A stretch of 64,000 nt of DNA from a bacterium (GTDB lineage: Bacteria > Verrucomicrobiota > Lentisphaeria > Victivallales > GWF2-38-69), in NCBI GenBank assembly GCA_021781705.1, contig JAJXWI010000007.1, forward strand, positions 325 through 64,324. The letters are read 5' to 3'. The translations under genes and the position numbers were made by a program. Positions 10,767 through 21,702 of this stretch are shown here, in pieces (within the stretch, counting starts at the first letter, position 1; every line of letters begins with the position of its first letter). The notes under the pieces were generated by a model. The model saw only the letters and a list, made by a program, of their open reading frames with translations, did not search any database and was not told the origin of the DNA.

Positions 10767-12698
10767 TTAAACTGTTTGAGAGGCAGAAGCTGCATTCTCT
10801 GCCGTTTTAATATCTACAGGTTGGGCAACCAGTGTTTCTTCCATTCCGAGAAGTTCCTTGACCTCTTTTGCCGAAAGAGTTTCTTTCTTGAGAAGTTCTT
10901 GAGATAGAAGTTCAAGCTGATCTTTGTATTCTTTAATGATCATGTCAGACTTGTTTTTTGCTTCAGCTACAAGTCTCTTCATTTCCAAGTCAATTTCTCT
11001 TGCCGTATCTTCACTGTAAGACTCTGACCTAGTTATATCACGTCCGAGGAAAATATGATCTTCTCTCGAGCCGTATGACAGGGTTCCCATCTTGTCGCTC
11101 ATACCAAATACGCAAATCATTTTTTTTGCAATCTTTGTAACTTCAACAATATCTCCTGCAGCGCCACTGGTAATGTCGCCGAATATTATCTCCTCAGCAC
11201 TTCTTCCTCCCATTGCCATAGTCATCATATCTTCAAGTTCAGATCTTGTCTGAGTATAACGATCTTCTTCGGCTAGCTGAAAAGTCGCTCCAAGGTAGGC
11301 AATGCCTCTTGGTATAATTGTAACTTTATGTAAAGGCGTACAATGTTTGCAATGGAGACTAACAAGGGTATGCCCTGCTTCGTGGTAAGCCGTAATTTTT
11401 CTCTCCTTTTCGCTGATTTTTCTGCTTCTACGCTCTCTGCCCCAGCAAACTTTATCCCTGGCTTCTTCCATCTCTTCCATGGTAACGGCTTCCTTATTTG
11501 CCCTTGCAGCAAGAAGAGCTGATTCATTTACCAGGTTAGCCAGATCAGCGCCGCTGAACCCCGGAGTGCCCTTTGCTATAATATCCAGATCCGCTGCAGG
11601 ATTAAGTTTTATATTCTTTGAGTGAACACCAAGAATTTGTCTTCTCCCTTTAATGTCAGGCAAGTCAAGAACTATCTGGCGATCAAATCTTCCCGGTCTG
11701 ATAAGTGCAGGGTCAAGAACATCAGGCCTGTTTGTCGCGGCAAGGACTATTACACCTTCTTGAGTTTCGAGACCATCCATTTCTACAAGCATTGCATTTA
11801 AAGTTTGCTCTCTTTCATCATGTCCACCGCCTATCCCTGAAAAACGAGAACGTCCAACGGCATCAATTTCGTCAATAAAAATCAGGCATGGCGCGCACTT
11901 TCTAGCTTGCTCAAACATGTCTCTCACGCGGCTGGCGCCCACGCCGACGAACATTTCAACAAAATCAGAACCGCTAATCGCAAAAAATGGCACGCCTGCT
12001 TCTCCGGCAATTGCCTTTGCCAGCATAGTTTTGCCGGTTCCTGGCGGGCCTATAAGCATTGCTCCTTTAGGTATTTTTGCCCCGAGAAGTTTGAACTTTA
12101 TAGGATCCTTTAAGTAATCCATTATTTCCTTAGTTTCTTCTTTTGCTTCTTCTATTCCGGCAACGTCATCGAATTTTATCCTGTTTTTATCAGGGGAAAT
12201 CATTCTGGCTTTACTTTTTCCAAACTGCATAGCGCCTTTTCCTGCCATCTTCATCTGTCGGGAGAAAAGCATATAGAGCAAAGCGATAGGAAGAACAACA
12301 ACCAGGAACGTATAAATGGCGCTTTTATACCATGTGTCCTCATTATTAATGGTCACATTTACCTTGTACTTTCCAGTAGTGGTGTCTCTCAAGAGCTTAT
12401 CAAGACTATCTGTGTACATTATTCTACTCCTGTAATTCTCTTCGGAATAGCCTGTTTTAAGTTTTCCCTGAACCTGCATCACGTTTCCGCTTTCCGGAGT
12501 CAGTTCTACCGTAGATATCTTGCCTTGAACCAAATCGGATTCAAAAGCTGATTGATCAATCGCTTTTAGCTGTTTACTATTAGAAGAAAAGAAAAAAAGC
12601 GCAGCAGCCGCTACAAAGACTAGCATCCACACAATCATTGCGACAGGCGGAGCTTTTTTTAAAGGGGATCCTAACTTTGGGGGGGTATCATTTGCCAT
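10767..12698 (-). CDS. ftsH: ATP-dependent zinc metalloprotease FtsH
   Basis: Two N-terminal TM segments, Walker A GPPGTGKT, Walker [32 protein letters not shown], and the zinc site HEAGH. Confidence 0.95.
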   Translation of the reverse strand: MANDTPPKLGSPLKKAPPVAMIVWMLVFVAAAALFFFSSNSKQLKAIDQSAFESDLVQGKISTVELTPESGNVMQVQGKLKTGYSEENYRSRIMYTDSLDKLLRDTTTGKYKVNVTINNEDTWYKSAIYTFLVVVLPIALLYMLFSRQMKMAGKGAMQFGKSKARMISPDKNRIKFDDVAGIEEAKEETKEIMDYLKDPIKFKLLGAKIPKGAMLIGPPGTGKTMLAKAIAGEAGVPFFAISGSDFVEMFVGVGASRVRDMFEQARKCAPCLIFIDEIDAVGRSRFSGIGGGHDEREQTLNAMLVEMDGLETQEGVIVLAATNRPDVLDPALIRPGRFDRQIVLDLPDIKGRRQILGVHSKNIKLNPAADLDIIAKGTPGFSGADLANLVNESALLAARANKEAVTMEEMEEARDKVCWGRERRSRKISEKERKITAYHEAGHTLVSLHCKHCTPLHKVTIIPRGIAYLGATFQLAEEDRYTQTRSELEDMMTMAMGGRSAEEIIFGDITSGAAGDIVEVTKIAKKMICVFGMSDKMGTLSYGSREDHIFLGRDITRSESYSEDTAREIDLEMKRLVAEAKNKSDMIIKEYKDQLELLSQELLKKETLSAKEVKELLGMEETLVAQPVDIKTAENAASASQTV

Positions 12699-12819
12699 AA
12701 ATAATTATCCAATTAATTTTATTTGTTATTAATCTATTTTTAAGACAGACCAATGTGAAAAAGGGCAGAAAGCCACAAGGAAAAAGTCTGCTAACTCCAA
12801 AAAGATATGCCATATTCTG

Positions 12820-13338
12820 TTAAATTACAAGCAGCCACAAAATTAAACCTATTATGGCTATAACGAGCAATATGGATACATAAATCGTTATCTTTGAGAA
12901 AAGCTTGTCTTTTCTTATGACATTGTCCCTCCTGGGAATATCTGAGACATTAGCCATAGGGGCGATTGGTTCCGAATCGCCAATATTGGCGAGATCAATT
13001 ATGGTTTTGGCGCCGCCCGAACTTGAAAGGGTGGAAACTTTTTCCAGGCTATATAAGAGTTCAACTTTGCCGATACGCAGGATGTCTCCATTTTTAAGTT
13101 CAACACTTTTTACGTATTTATCATTGATTTTCGAGCCGTTTGTACTATCCAGATCTCTCATTATATAATGTCCTGAGTCAAGCCTTACGATCTCGCAGTG
13201 AGTCGCGCTTACAGCAGGATCCTGAAGGCAAATATCGCAGGAACTTGATCTTCCTAAAGAATACGTCGCACCAGTTAGTGGGATTTTTTTCCCTTTTTCA
13301 TTTTCAGAAATTATTATAAGCTCAGGAGTGACTTTCAT
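12820..13338 (-). CDS. FHA-domain protein with a C-terminal membrane anchor
   Basis: From the ATG at 13338: ...YSLGRSSSCDICLQDPAVSATHCEI...DLDSTNGSKIND...L.NGDILRIG (FHA core). The C-terminus ITIYVSILLVIAIIGLILWLLVI is a TM helix. Confidence 0.7.
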   Translation of the reverse strand: MKVTPELIIISENEKGKKIPLTGATYSLGRSSSCDICLQDPAVSATHCEIVRLDSGHYIMRDLDSTNGSKINDKYVKSVELKNGDILRIGKVELLYSLEKVSTLSSSGGAKTIIDLANIGDSEPIAPMANVSDIPRRDNVIRKDKLFSKITIYVSILLVIAIIGLILWLLVI

Positions 13339-13612
13339 AATTGTAGTACTATAATATCCGGTTATTGTAATTGAAAACAAAATCCAAAGAACCTTACAGA
13401 ATTTAAAGTAATATGTCGGTTTGTCAAATCCTTTCCCAAGAAATTTTTATTTTCCTGGAAAAAATAATTTTGGCACCCATCAACCTGTGATCCCGTGTTT
13501 CTTTAAATATTATTTTGAATAAAAATCTGGATAGCATTATTGTAACTGCACATTGGTACTATTATCCTTAACGGAAGTCATGAATAAACACGAGAAAGGA
13601 ATAATCTGACAC

Positions 13613-14260
13613 ATGGGGAAAAATATAATTTTTTTAGGCGCTCCTGGCGCAGGCAAGGGAACTTTTGCAAGTTTGTTAACAGAGAAAGCGTCTCTTATTC
13701 ACATTTCGACAGGCGACATATTCAGAAGAGAAATCAAAAATGAAACAGAAATAGGGAAGAAGGCAAAAAAATATGTAGAATCAGGAGGCCTTGTTCCCGA
13801 TGAAATAGTTGCCGAAATGGTAACAAAAAGACTTTCAGAACCTGATTGTGTCAACGGGGTTATACTTGACGGGTTTCCCAGAACGCTCAATCAGGCGCAA
13901 TTGCTTAAGAACGCACTGAAGAATATAAACATGAAAATCGACAAGGTTATTTATTTTGAAGCGGGTGACGATTTACTTATTAAGCGTCTTACGGCAAGAA
14001 TCATGTGCAAACAATGCAATGAGAATTTTAACAAATTATTCTCTCCTCCAAAAGTTGAAGGGAAATGCGATAAGTGCGGGGGTGAGCTGTATCAGAGAAA
14101 AGATGACAGCTTGGAAACTGCAAAAAGCAGGTTGGAGCTGTTCTATAAAGAAACTTCGCCCCTTATAGATTTCTACAAAAATGAAAAGTTACTACTATCT
14201 CTCAATTCAGAAAGAGAAAAAGATGTGGTAATGAAAGACCTATTAAAGCTGCTTTTATAG
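13613..14260 (+). CDS. adk: Adenylate kinase (long form with a Cys4 lid)
   Basis: P-loop GAPGAGKGT, ISTGDIFR, GFPRT, and a lid with CKQC...CDKCGGELYQRKDD. Confidence 0.95.
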   Translation: MGKNIIFLGAPGAGKGTFASLLTEKASLIHISTGDIFRREIKNETEIGKKAKKYVESGGLVPDEIVAEMVTKRLSEPDCVNGVILDGFPRTLNQAQLLKNALKNINMKIDKVIYFEAGDDLLIKRLTARIMCKQCNENFNKLFSPPKVEGKCDKCGGELYQRKDDSLETAKSRLELFYKETSPLIDFYKNEKLLLSLNSEREKDVVMKDLLKLLL

Positions 14261-14307
14261 CCTGTATCTTGAATAATATAATATCCTAATTAAATAAGGA
14301 GATTTAT

Positions 14308-15131
14308 ATGATTGACCAAGAAAGCAGTTACTTTTATTATCCTGCCACCACGGTGATAGTAGATGATGATAAGGAATTTCTCGATGGCTTAAGTCGGTTT
14401 TTTGAATTTACATAAGATTGGACCGATCAAGACTTTCGTGGATCCTCTGCAAGCTTTGTCATATCTAGAGACACAAAACAACATATATAAAAGTTATCAA
14501 AAGTATTCCAGCGGAAAAAATATTACTAACAGGAACTGCTGATTATAAATTAGCAGTAGGTGCTTTTAATGATCGGCTAATTGACAGATTTATAATTAAA
14601 GAAAAAGGAATACAAAAGAAAGTATTTGAACTTATTAGTGTATCTAACAAGAGATATTTTTATGATTTTTCTGAAGCACTATTGCACGTTTTTGATAAAG
14701 GAATAAAGAAAGCTGTTCAGTACACATCCGTAGCTTTTACCTGGCATACTAAAAATAAAATCACAGAGTATTCCCAATGTGATGGCAATGGGAGCTGCCT
14801 TGGGTTTGATAGTGCAGGAATGATTCACTGGCTCTTAATATGTTCAGACGAAGATATGAACGATTATATAAGTATTGCTGAGAATTCAGATGGCGGGCTT
14901 CCCATAGCAGCTGAAGTAAAAATAAAAACAAAATTGCTCTTTTTCTTTTCAGAAGAAGAAAAACTGTTACCAGTACAAGCGTGGGCAAAAAACACATTCA
15001 CAATTGACAGTGAATTTACTATTGATAACGAAAAATATTTCTTCTCATTTATATCAAATAAAACTTTTGGTATAGATTTGGGAAAAGTTATGACGTTGAA
15101 GAATTGGACAAAACTTTCTTATCGTGACTAA
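14308..15131 (+). pseudogene. Disrupted response-regulator-like gene (receiver fragments plus an unknown C-terminal domain)
   Basis: AAGGAG then ATG 14308 reads MIDQESSYFYYPATTVIVDDDKEFLDGLSRFFEFT and hits a stop at 14413. The next frame continues IGPIKTFVDPLQALSYLE... A third frame gives LLTGTADYKLAVGAFNDRLIDRFIIKEKG... running into the 149-aa ORF 14682-15131. The segment that should carry the phospho-acceptor Asp is missing. Confidence 0.6.
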
Positions 15132-15171
15132 AAAAGGTAGTAGATTTTAACCGACAGTAAAGGCATACTTA

Positions 15172-15704
15172 ATGAAAATTGGCTTAATCGGTGCAATTCC
15201 AGAGGAAACTCATTTATTTGAACCTTTTTTGTCTGGGAAAAAGCAGAAGATTGTTGGGAATTCCGAATTTGTGCAAGGAGAGTTTGACGGACATGCTATT
15301 ATAATGGTGTGGCAAAGTTGCTGCTGCTGATGGTACCGCAAATTTGATTCATGTTTTTGATGTAGAGCTTGTTATTTTTATTGGCACTGCTGGTGGGTGC
15401 GACGCGGGCCTCAATGCTGAGGATAAGGCAAGCTTCTTAACACTAAATTAAGAGAAGTAAACATCAAGGATCCCAATGTTATTTGTGGCCTTATTGTAGT
15501 AGGAGATCAGTTTATCGCGGATAAGAAAAAATAAAAGTATTAAAAGAAAAACAGCCAGACCTAAAATGTGTTAAAATGGAGGGGGGCGCAGTTGCTAAAA
15601 TTTGCCATTGCCATAATACTCCCTTTTTGGGAATAAGAGCAATTTCTGAGAATGCAGACGAAAACGAACGTGTAGAATATGCTACTTTCAATCTAAAAAT
15701 ATAG
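15172..15704 (+). pseudogene. mtnN: Degraded 5'-methylthioadenosine/S-adenosylhomocysteine nucleosidase gene
   Basis: MKIGLIGAIPEETHLFEPF...EFVQGEFDGHAIIMV, then frame breaks. Fragments follow: KVAAADGTANLIHVFDVELVIFIGTAGG, ..GGAVAKICHCHNTPFLGIRAISENADE... and EYATFNLKI. At least three frame changes or stops fall within ~530 nt. Confidence 0.65.
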
Positions 15705-15713
15705 GATATTGTT

Positions 15714-16499
15714 ATGTCAACAAAAATAATAGACTTAAGTGTATCAATTGAAAATGGATTACCGTCTGATCCGCCAGGAATGATACCTGAAATTGAATAT
15801 ATGAGCCATGAAGCTGGAGCTTTGCAAATGGCAACTTTTTTTAATGGATTAAAAAAAGAACAGCTTCCTGAGGGGAAAGGCTGGGCTACAGAAAATATAA
15901 AATTAACTACCCATTCTGGGACACATCTTGACGCGCCTTTTCATTACCATCATAAAATGGATAACGGAACGCCTGCCTTGACTATAGATCAGATTCCTCT
16001 GGAATGGTGTTATAATGATGGAGTATTGCTTGATTTTACCGGTAAGCAGGATGGAGATAAAATAACACAATCAGATATAGAAGAAAAACTTTTAAAAATA
16101 AAATATAAAATTAAGCCATTTGATATTGTCTTGATTCATACAGGCATGGATAAATATTGGGGAAGACCTGAATATCTTAAGAAAGGCACAGGAATGACCA
16201 AAGAAGGTACATTATTCCTTTTAAAGCAGGGAGTTAAAATTACCGGAATAGACGCATGGAGTTGGGATAGACCTTTTTGCTTTATTCAGGAAGAATACGA
16301 GAAGAGTAATAACCCTTCTGTAATATGGGAGGCTCATTTCGCTGGTATAGAAAAAGGCTATTGTCATATTGAAAAAATGGCCAATTTTTCAAAGATAGGA
16401 AGGCCTTACGGCTTTAAAATATGTTGTTTTCCTATAAAGATAAAAGATGCCAGCGCGGCATGGGTAAGACCAGTAGCTATAATCGAAGAATTAAATTGA
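15714..16499 (+). CDS. Putative cyclase-family metal hydrolase (kynurenine formamidase-like)
   Basis: The HSGTHLDAPFHY motif (HxGTHxDxPxH) and the GIDAWSWD region are typical of the cyclase/arylformamidase family. Confidence 0.65.
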   Translation: MSTKIIDLSVSIENGLPSDPPGMIPEIEYMSHEAGALQMATFFNGLKKEQLPEGKGWATENIKLTTHSGTHLDAPFHYHHKMDNGTPALTIDQIPLEWCYNDGVLLDFTGKQDGDKITQSDIEEKLLKIKYKIKPFDIVLIHTGMDKYWGRPEYLKKGTGMTKEGTLFLLKQGVKITGIDAWSWDRPFCFIQEEYEKSNNPSVIWEAHFAGIEKGYCHIEKMANFSKIGRPYGFKICCFPIKIKDASAAWVRPVAIIEELN

Positions 16500-16528
16500 G
16501 AAAATTTTAACTAATAAAATAAAACATC

Positions 16529-16966
16529 ATGAATAAGGAAAAGTTTATTGGGATTTGGACGTTGAAATCTTTCGAAACAAGGTTTTCAGATGGTAGCATT
16601 GAATATCCTATGGGAAAAAACTTAATAGGTTACATAATGTACCATCCAAATGACTACATGTCTGTAGTAATTATGAATAAGGATAGAGCAAATTTTAATG
16701 AGAAATTTAATCCAATTAAAGATTTCTGCAAAACGATAAATAGTCAAAAGAAATCTGATGCGTTTGATACATATTTTTCTTACTGCGGTCCCTATGAAAT
16801 AAAAAACGATCAATTAATTGTCCATCATTTAGATGCATGTTCTATTCCAGATTGGGTTGGGATATCTCAAGATCGCACATATAAATTCTCTGCAAATACT
16901 CTAACTTTGTCAAATGTAAGCACAAATGCAACTGCTCTTCTTGTGTGGGAGCGTATACATGACTAA
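16529..16966 (+). CDS. Lipocalin-like domain protein
   Basis: N-terminal FIGIWTLKSFETRFSDGS...GYIMYHPNDYMS resembles the bacterial lipocalin-like domain family. Weak, motif-level only. Confidence 0.45.
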   Translation: MNKEKFIGIWTLKSFETRFSDGSIEYPMGKNLIGYIMYHPNDYMSVVIMNKDRANFNEKFNPIKDFCKTINSQKKSDAFDTYFSYCGPYEIKNDQLIVHHLDACSIPDWVGISQDRTYKFSANTLTLSNVSTNATALLVWERIHD

Positions 16967-17358
16967 ATTGAAAGCAATTTTTTAAGGTTTTCTGGAAATT
17001 CTGGCCTTCCTGTTTGGGTGGATATTGGTGTAATAGTAAATATACCAGAAACGCACAATTTTTGGTCAGATTTTCTAATTACCTCCTGTTCCATAATGGC
17101 ACGAATTTTGCCTTGAGGGATTATTTTGGACGTTGTGATATATTCATCTCCAGCTCGGAGCGGAGCTTTATATTTTATTGTGGATTCAACAAGAACTAAA
17201 TCGTGTCCTTCGTCATGAGTTTTGGCAAAGTGCTTTAAGGTGTTTGTGTCTAGCATGTGCCATGAATACAAAATAGTTAGCATTATTTACTATTCCTTGA
17301 ATATCAAGTTCACTATCCCTTACTTCACCACAAATTGAAAAAAATCATTAATATTCAT
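16963..17358 (-). pseudogene. Frameshifted 4HBT/YbgC-like acyl-CoA thioesterase
   Basis: The reverse ATG at 17358 gives MNINDFFQFVVK then a stop. The +1 frame gives EVRDSELDIQGIVNNANYFVFMAHARHKHLK. A third frame (ORF 16963-17283) gives ..LKHFAKTHDEGHDLVLVESTIKYKAPLRAGDEY... Together these rebuild a hot-dog thioesterase with two frame changes. Confidence 0.55.
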
Positions 17359-17736
17359 CTTGTTATTCTCTTTATTCTTCGATATTTATTGTGCCTATTC
17401 TATACATTACATGTTATAAATTCAAGTTCAGTCGACACGTCAGGCGACGCGTCATTTTTCAAGAAGTTATTATAATAACTATGATTGGAAGTCAAAGTTA
17501 TTCCTAAGAGTTTTGCACTCTATATCCCTGCCATTTATTGGACAAGGCAACTAGTATAAATTATTCTCCTACTCAAAAGCGACTGGATTTTAGATTTTTC
17601 CGGTTAAATAACGCGGTTTAATTAGCAAAGCAAAAATGAGCTGTTATTTTTATCGAAGGAAAGTTACATGCCGAAACTCGGGGCGGAGGTGTTTTGTGTT
17701 AATTTTATTTTTGAAAACTGGATCGTTTGAGGTATA

Positions 17737-18501
17737 ATGAAGGATGCTGTAGTAATACATAGCCGGGAAGAAATTCTAGGAATAAAAAAAGCTGGCCAGG
17801 CGGCAGGATTTGTTCGAGAAGAACTAAAAAATCTTGTTCGGTCCGGCATGTCAACTAAGGAGATTGATGAAATAGCCAGAGCACTGATAGAATCCACTGG
17901 AGGGAAAAGCGCTTTTTTCGGATACCGCGGATTTCCTGGGCAAATTTGCATCTCTCTTAATGACGAAGTGGTTCACGGAATAGGAAGAAACGACGTTATA
18001 GTAAAAAGTGGAGATGTAGTAAGTCTTGATGTTGGCGTACTGTTGGACGGATATGTCGGAGATACTGCTGAAAGTATAATAGCCGGAGTAGAAAAAGAAG
18101 AAGCCGCATTCCTTCTAAAAAAAACCAGAGAGGCTCTTTTTGCAGGTATAAATGCTGCATTAAAAGGAAACTTTGTAAGGGATATAAGCCAAGCTGTTCA
18201 AAAAATAGCAGAAGCAAACCATTTAGGCATAGTTCGAGAATATGTAGGGCACGGCTGTGGAAAAAGGCTTCATGAGCCGCCGGAAGTGCCAAATTATAAA
18301 ACCTCAAACAGGGGGCCGAAGCTCCAGAATGGCATGGTATTAGCAATTGAACCCATGCTCAATCTTGGAACTCATGCAGTAAAAACTGACATTGACGGAT
18401 GGACAGTTAGGACGCTTGATGCTAAATTGTCAGCGCATTTTGAACACATGGTATTAATAAACGAAGATAACCCGGAGATATTAACGTGGGCAAAGAAGTA
18501 A
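17737..18501 (+). CDS. map: Type I methionine aminopeptidase
   Basis: [42 protein letters not shown] and HFEH metal-ligand regions, in the conserved position upstream of infA. Confidence 0.95.
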   Translation: MKDAVVIHSREEILGIKKAGQAAGFVREELKNLVRSGMSTKEIDEIARALIESTGGKSAFFGYRGFPGQICISLNDEVVHGIGRNDVIVKSGDVVSLDVGVLLDGYVGDTAESIIAGVEKEEAAFLLKKTREALFAGINAALKGNFVRDISQAVQKIAEANHLGIVREYVGHGCGKRLHEPPEVPNYKTSNRGPKLQNGMVLAIEPMLNLGTHAVKTDIDGWTVRTLDAKLSAHFEHMVLINEDNPEILTWAKK

Positions 18502-18722
18502 TAACGGTTGACGGAGTAGTGAAAGAGTTGCTGCCTAACACTATGTTTAGAGTACAGCTTGAAAATGGACATATGGTATTAGCCCATATAAGCGGGAAAA
18601 TGAGGCTCCACTTCATAAGAATCCTGCCTGGAGACACTGTAACTATGGAAATGTCTCCTTATGATCTTACAAAAGGCAGAATAACATTCAGGAAAAAGGG
18701 TGAGGAAAAAAGCGTGAGATAA
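18486..18722 (+). CDS. infA: Translation initiation factor IF-1
   Basis: [59 protein letters not shown] is near-collinear with E. coli InfA. Confidence 0.9.
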   Translation: MGKEVITVDGVVKELLPNTMFRVQLENGHMVLAHISGKMRLHFIRILPGDTVTMEMSPYDLTKGRITFRKKGEEKSVR

Positions 18723-18786
18723 TATTCTTTAAGACCCTAACCTTTTCTATAATCTCACTATTTTTCATTTTTTTTAGCCTTAATAC

Positions 18787-18814
18787 TTGACTGTTTTGCC
18801 CTTTCGGTTATTTT
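18787..18814 (+). promoter_or_regulatory. Candidate sigma70-type promoter ahead of rpmJ-rpsM
   Basis: TTGACT (18787-18792), a 16-nt spacer, then TATTTT (18809-18814), inside the unusually long 221-nt infA-rpmJ spacer. Confidence 0.3.
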
Positions 18815-18943
18815 TATCATCCTTTTGATGTCTAGTTTTGACAGAAAAGCGGCTGATTGTTTATTCCGAACAAATGGGTCTAGCCGGTCTATTCGTTCGT
18901 GTCATTAATGTAAAGTTAAAACTAAATTTGAGGGTATCTCATC

Positions 18944-19060
18944 ATGAAAGTAAGAGTTTCAGTAAAACGCCTTTGCGAATACTGCCAGGTCGTAAAAAGA
19001 AGCGGTATCGTAAGAGTAATTTGTGCAAGAAATAAAAGGCACAAACAAAAGCAAGGATAA
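18944..19060 (+). CDS. rpmJ: 50S ribosomal protein L36
   Basis: Below the ORF-track length cutoff. The ATG at 18944 gives [38 protein letters not shown] (38 aa), with the canonical L36 sequence and position. Confidence 0.95.
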   Translation: MKVRVSVKRLCEYCQVVKRSGIVRVICARNKRHKQKQG

Positions 19061-19103
19061 ATTTTAATTTTATTATTTATAAAAAGTAAGAGGTAATAAA
19101 AAC

Positions 19104-19502
19104 ATGCCCAGGATTTTAGGTATCGACATCCCAGGAAAAAAGCGGGTAGAAATATCGCTCCGCCACATTTATGGCATCGGACCTGCAAAAGCTTTGGAAA
19201 TTGTCAAAAGAGCAAAAATTCCGCTCGGAACCAAAGCCGATGATCTGACAGCCGAGAACGTAGCTATAATAACCACGATGTTACAGAAAGACTATATTGT
19301 GGAAGGGGATCTGCGCCGTGCTATTATGCAGGATATTCGCAGACTCACAGCAATAGGAAGTTACAGAGGTGTTCGTCACCGCAAGGGACTCCCTGTTAGA
19401 GGACAGAGAACAAAAACAAATGCGCGTACTAGAAAAGGTCGTAAACTTACAGTCGGCGCAATCCGTGACAAAACGCAAAGAAAAATTGCTTCTAAAGACT
19501 AA
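19104..19502 (+). CDS. rpsM: 30S ribosomal protein S13
   Basis: MPRILGIDIPGKKRVEISLRHIYGIG...YRGVRHRKGLPVRGQRTKTNARTRKG. Confidence 0.95.
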   Translation: MPRILGIDIPGKKRVEISLRHIYGIGPAKALEIVKRAKIPLGTKADDLTAENVAIITTMLQKDYIVEGDLRRAIMQDIRRLTAIGSYRGVRHRKGLPVRGQRTKTNARTRKGRKLTVGAIRDKTQRKIASKD

Positions 19503-19517
19503 TAGAGAGTTTGTTAT

Positions 19518-20003
19518 ATGACAGAACATAAAAATATGCAAAAAGAAACCGATGTCGCCGTTGAAGCTGCTGTTCAAAATGCAGAGACTGCAAATATTGC
19601 AACAGAAGCAGCAGCAGGCGAAATTAAGCAACGCAAAGCTAAAGGTGCTCGTCTTGTTCCAAGCGGCATAGCTTTCATTAAAGCTACCTTTAATAACACT
19701 AAAGTTACAGTAACAGATCCTCGCGGGAATGTTCTCTGCTGGGGTACGGCAGGAAAAGCCGGATTCAAAGGATCTAGAAAAAGTACAGCTTATGCGGCTC
19801 AACAAGTTGCTACAGACACTGTAAAAAAGGCTCAACAATCTTTTGGAATGCGTGAAATTGAAGCACGCATTAACGGACCTGGGCCGGGGCGTGAATCTGC
19901 CGTACGAGGAATAGCTGCCACTGGCGTAAATATTACCTCTATAAAGGATATCACCCCTGTACCGCATAACGGTTGCAGACCACCAAAAAGACGTCGTATT
20001 TAA
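19518..20003 (+). CDS. rpsK: 30S ribosomal protein S11 (with a ~30-aa N-terminal extension)
   Basis: [22 protein letters not shown]...GFKGSRKST...[12 protein letters not shown]...[16 protein letters not shown]. Confidence 0.95.
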   Translation: MTEHKNMQKETDVAVEAAVQNAETANIATEAAAGEIKQRKAKGARLVPSGIAFIKATFNNTKVTVTDPRGNVLCWGTAGKAGFKGSRKSTAYAAQQVATDTVKKAQQSFGMREIEARINGPGPGRESAVRGIAATGVNITSIKDITPVPHNGCRPPKRRRI

Positions 20004-20024
20004 TATTCGAGGAGATTTTATAAT

Positions 20025-20651
20025 ATGAGACAAACAGGACCATCATGCAGAATTTGCAGAAGGGAAGAAACTAAGTTGTTTCTCAAAGGAGAAAGGTGCT
20101 TAAAAGCGAAATGCGCCATAGATAGAGACAGGGGAATCCCGGGCGTACACAAGAAATCAAGAGCAAAACTTTCTGATTACGGAGTACAGTTAAGAGCTAA
20201 ACAAAAAATTCGTAAACATTATGGACTCGGAGAGAGGCAGTTTAGGAAAGTTTTTGGTACGGCTTCCCAGAAGAAAGGGATAACAAGTTTTATGCTTCTT
20301 GTTCTTCTTGAAATGAGATTAGATAATATTGTATACCGTATGGGATTTGCACCGTCAAGAGCTCAAGCAAGACAAATGGTTACACACGGGCATATCAGAG
20401 TAAACGGAAGAAGAGTTAATGTTCCCTCTTTTACACTTAAAGCCGGCGATGTTATTGAGCTTAAGGTAGCAGAAAGAAGCTCAGCTCTGGCTGTTAAGAA
20501 TATTGAAATAACTGAAAATATCAATAAGATTCCTGAGTGGATTTCTTTTGACAAGGATGCAAAAAAGGGTCAAATAGTTCGTCTCCCTGAGCAGGGAGAA
20601 ATACAGCCACCTGCAGACGAGCAGTTAGTTGTTGAATTATATTCTAAGTAA
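20025..20651 (+). CDS. rpsD: 30S ribosomal protein S4
   Basis: N-terminal Cys motif [28 protein letters not shown], and an S4 RNA-binding domain [31 protein letters not shown]. Confidence 0.95.
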   Translation: MRQTGPSCRICRREETKLFLKGERCLKAKCAIDRDRGIPGVHKKSRAKLSDYGVQLRAKQKIRKHYGLGERQFRKVFGTASQKKGITSFMLLVLLEMRLDNIVYRMGFAPSRAQARQMVTHGHIRVNGRRVNVPSFTLKAGDVIELKVAERSSALAVKNIEITENINKIPEWISFDKDAKKGQIVRLPEQGEIQPPADEQLVVELYSK

Positions 20652-20667
20652 CACAGGAGAGGAAACT

Positions 20668-21699
20668 ATGGGTTTTTCAAATGATTTTCCAATACCTCAG
20701 AGTATTGAAATAGATGAATCGACAGCGACTGGTACTTATACTAAATTTACAGCAGCGCCGTTTCAAAGCGGTTTTGGACATACGATCGGCAATTCTATCA
20801 GAAGGGTATTACTTTCTTCTCTTAAGGGCGTTGCAATTTCGGCTATCCGCATTGACGGAGTAACTCATGAATTTGCTACAATGCCAAAAGTCGTAGAAGA
20901 TGTTGCTGAAATAGTACTCAACTTGAAAAAAGTTCTTTTTATAACTCACTCAGGCGCTCCGAAAACTCTTGAGATAAAAAAGAAAACAGCAGGACCGGTC
21001 ACGGCGGCAGATATAATCACCGATGGAACCGTTGAAATCATAAATCCTGAGCAGCTCATTTGTACTTTGGACAAAGATACAAATTTCAGAGTTGAAATGG
21101 ATCTGGCGGAAGGAAGAGGGTTCAGACCTTCAGATAAGAATAAGTTTAGTACTCAGCCTGTAGGCACAATTCCGATTGATTCAAATTTCAGCCCTGTAAG
21201 AAGAGTACGTTATCAGGTAGGCTCTGCGCGAGTGGGAGAAGAAACTGAGATGGACAGTTTAATTCTTGAAGTCTGGACGGACGGTAGAATAACGCCTCAC
21301 TCAGCACTTGAAAAAGCTGCAAAAATACTAAGAGACCATCTGCGCCCATTTTTTGGACAAAATGAAGTGCGCGATGCTTCTTCTCTTGTCAGTGATGAAG
21401 AAAAAGCAATGTTCAAGCTTCTCACACAGAATGTTGAAACACTTAATTTATCAGTGCGTTCGCAGAACTGTCTTAACAACGCCAATCTCAAGCTCATCGG
21501 CGAATTATGTTTGAAAACTGAAGCAAGAATGCTTAAGTATAAGAACTTCGGGAAGAAGTCTCTTGACGAAATAGTTGCAAAACTTATCGCTATGAACTTG
21601 TCACTTGGCATGACTTTCAGCGAATCTATGACGGCAGCAATTCAAATGGAATCGCAGGCATTAAATCCAAATTCAACAAATGTTCAGGAAAGTAACTAA
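20668..21699 (+). CDS. rpoA: DNA-directed RNA polymerase alpha subunit
   Basis: The ATG at 20668 is preceded by AGGAGAGG. Motifs include GFGHTIGNSIRRVLLSS, and a C-terminal domain LNLSVRSQNCLNNANLKLIGEL...NFGKKSLDEI. Confidence 0.95.
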   Translation: MGFSNDFPIPQSIEIDESTATGTYTKFTAAPFQSGFGHTIGNSIRRVLLSSLKGVAISAIRIDGVTHEFATMPKVVEDVAEIVLNLKKVLFITHSGAPKTLEIKKKTAGPVTAADIITDGTVEIINPEQLICTLDKDTNFRVEMDLAEGRGFRPSDKNKFSTQPVGTIPIDSNFSPVRRVRYQVGSARVGEETEMDSLILEVWTDGRITPHSALEKAAKILRDHLRPFFGQNEVRDASSLVSDEEKAMFKLLTQNVETLNLSVRSQNCLNNANLKLIGELCLKTEARMLKYKNFGKKSLDEIVAKLIAMNLSLGMTFSESMTAAIQMESQALNPNSTNVQESN

Positions 21700-21702
21700 A
21701 TT

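Noticed and set aside
19281-20033. 250-aa minus-strand ORF
   Set aside because: It is antisense to rpsM and rpsK, both unambiguous ribosomal protein genes. It has Cys/Ser/Phe-rich shadow composition and no motif.
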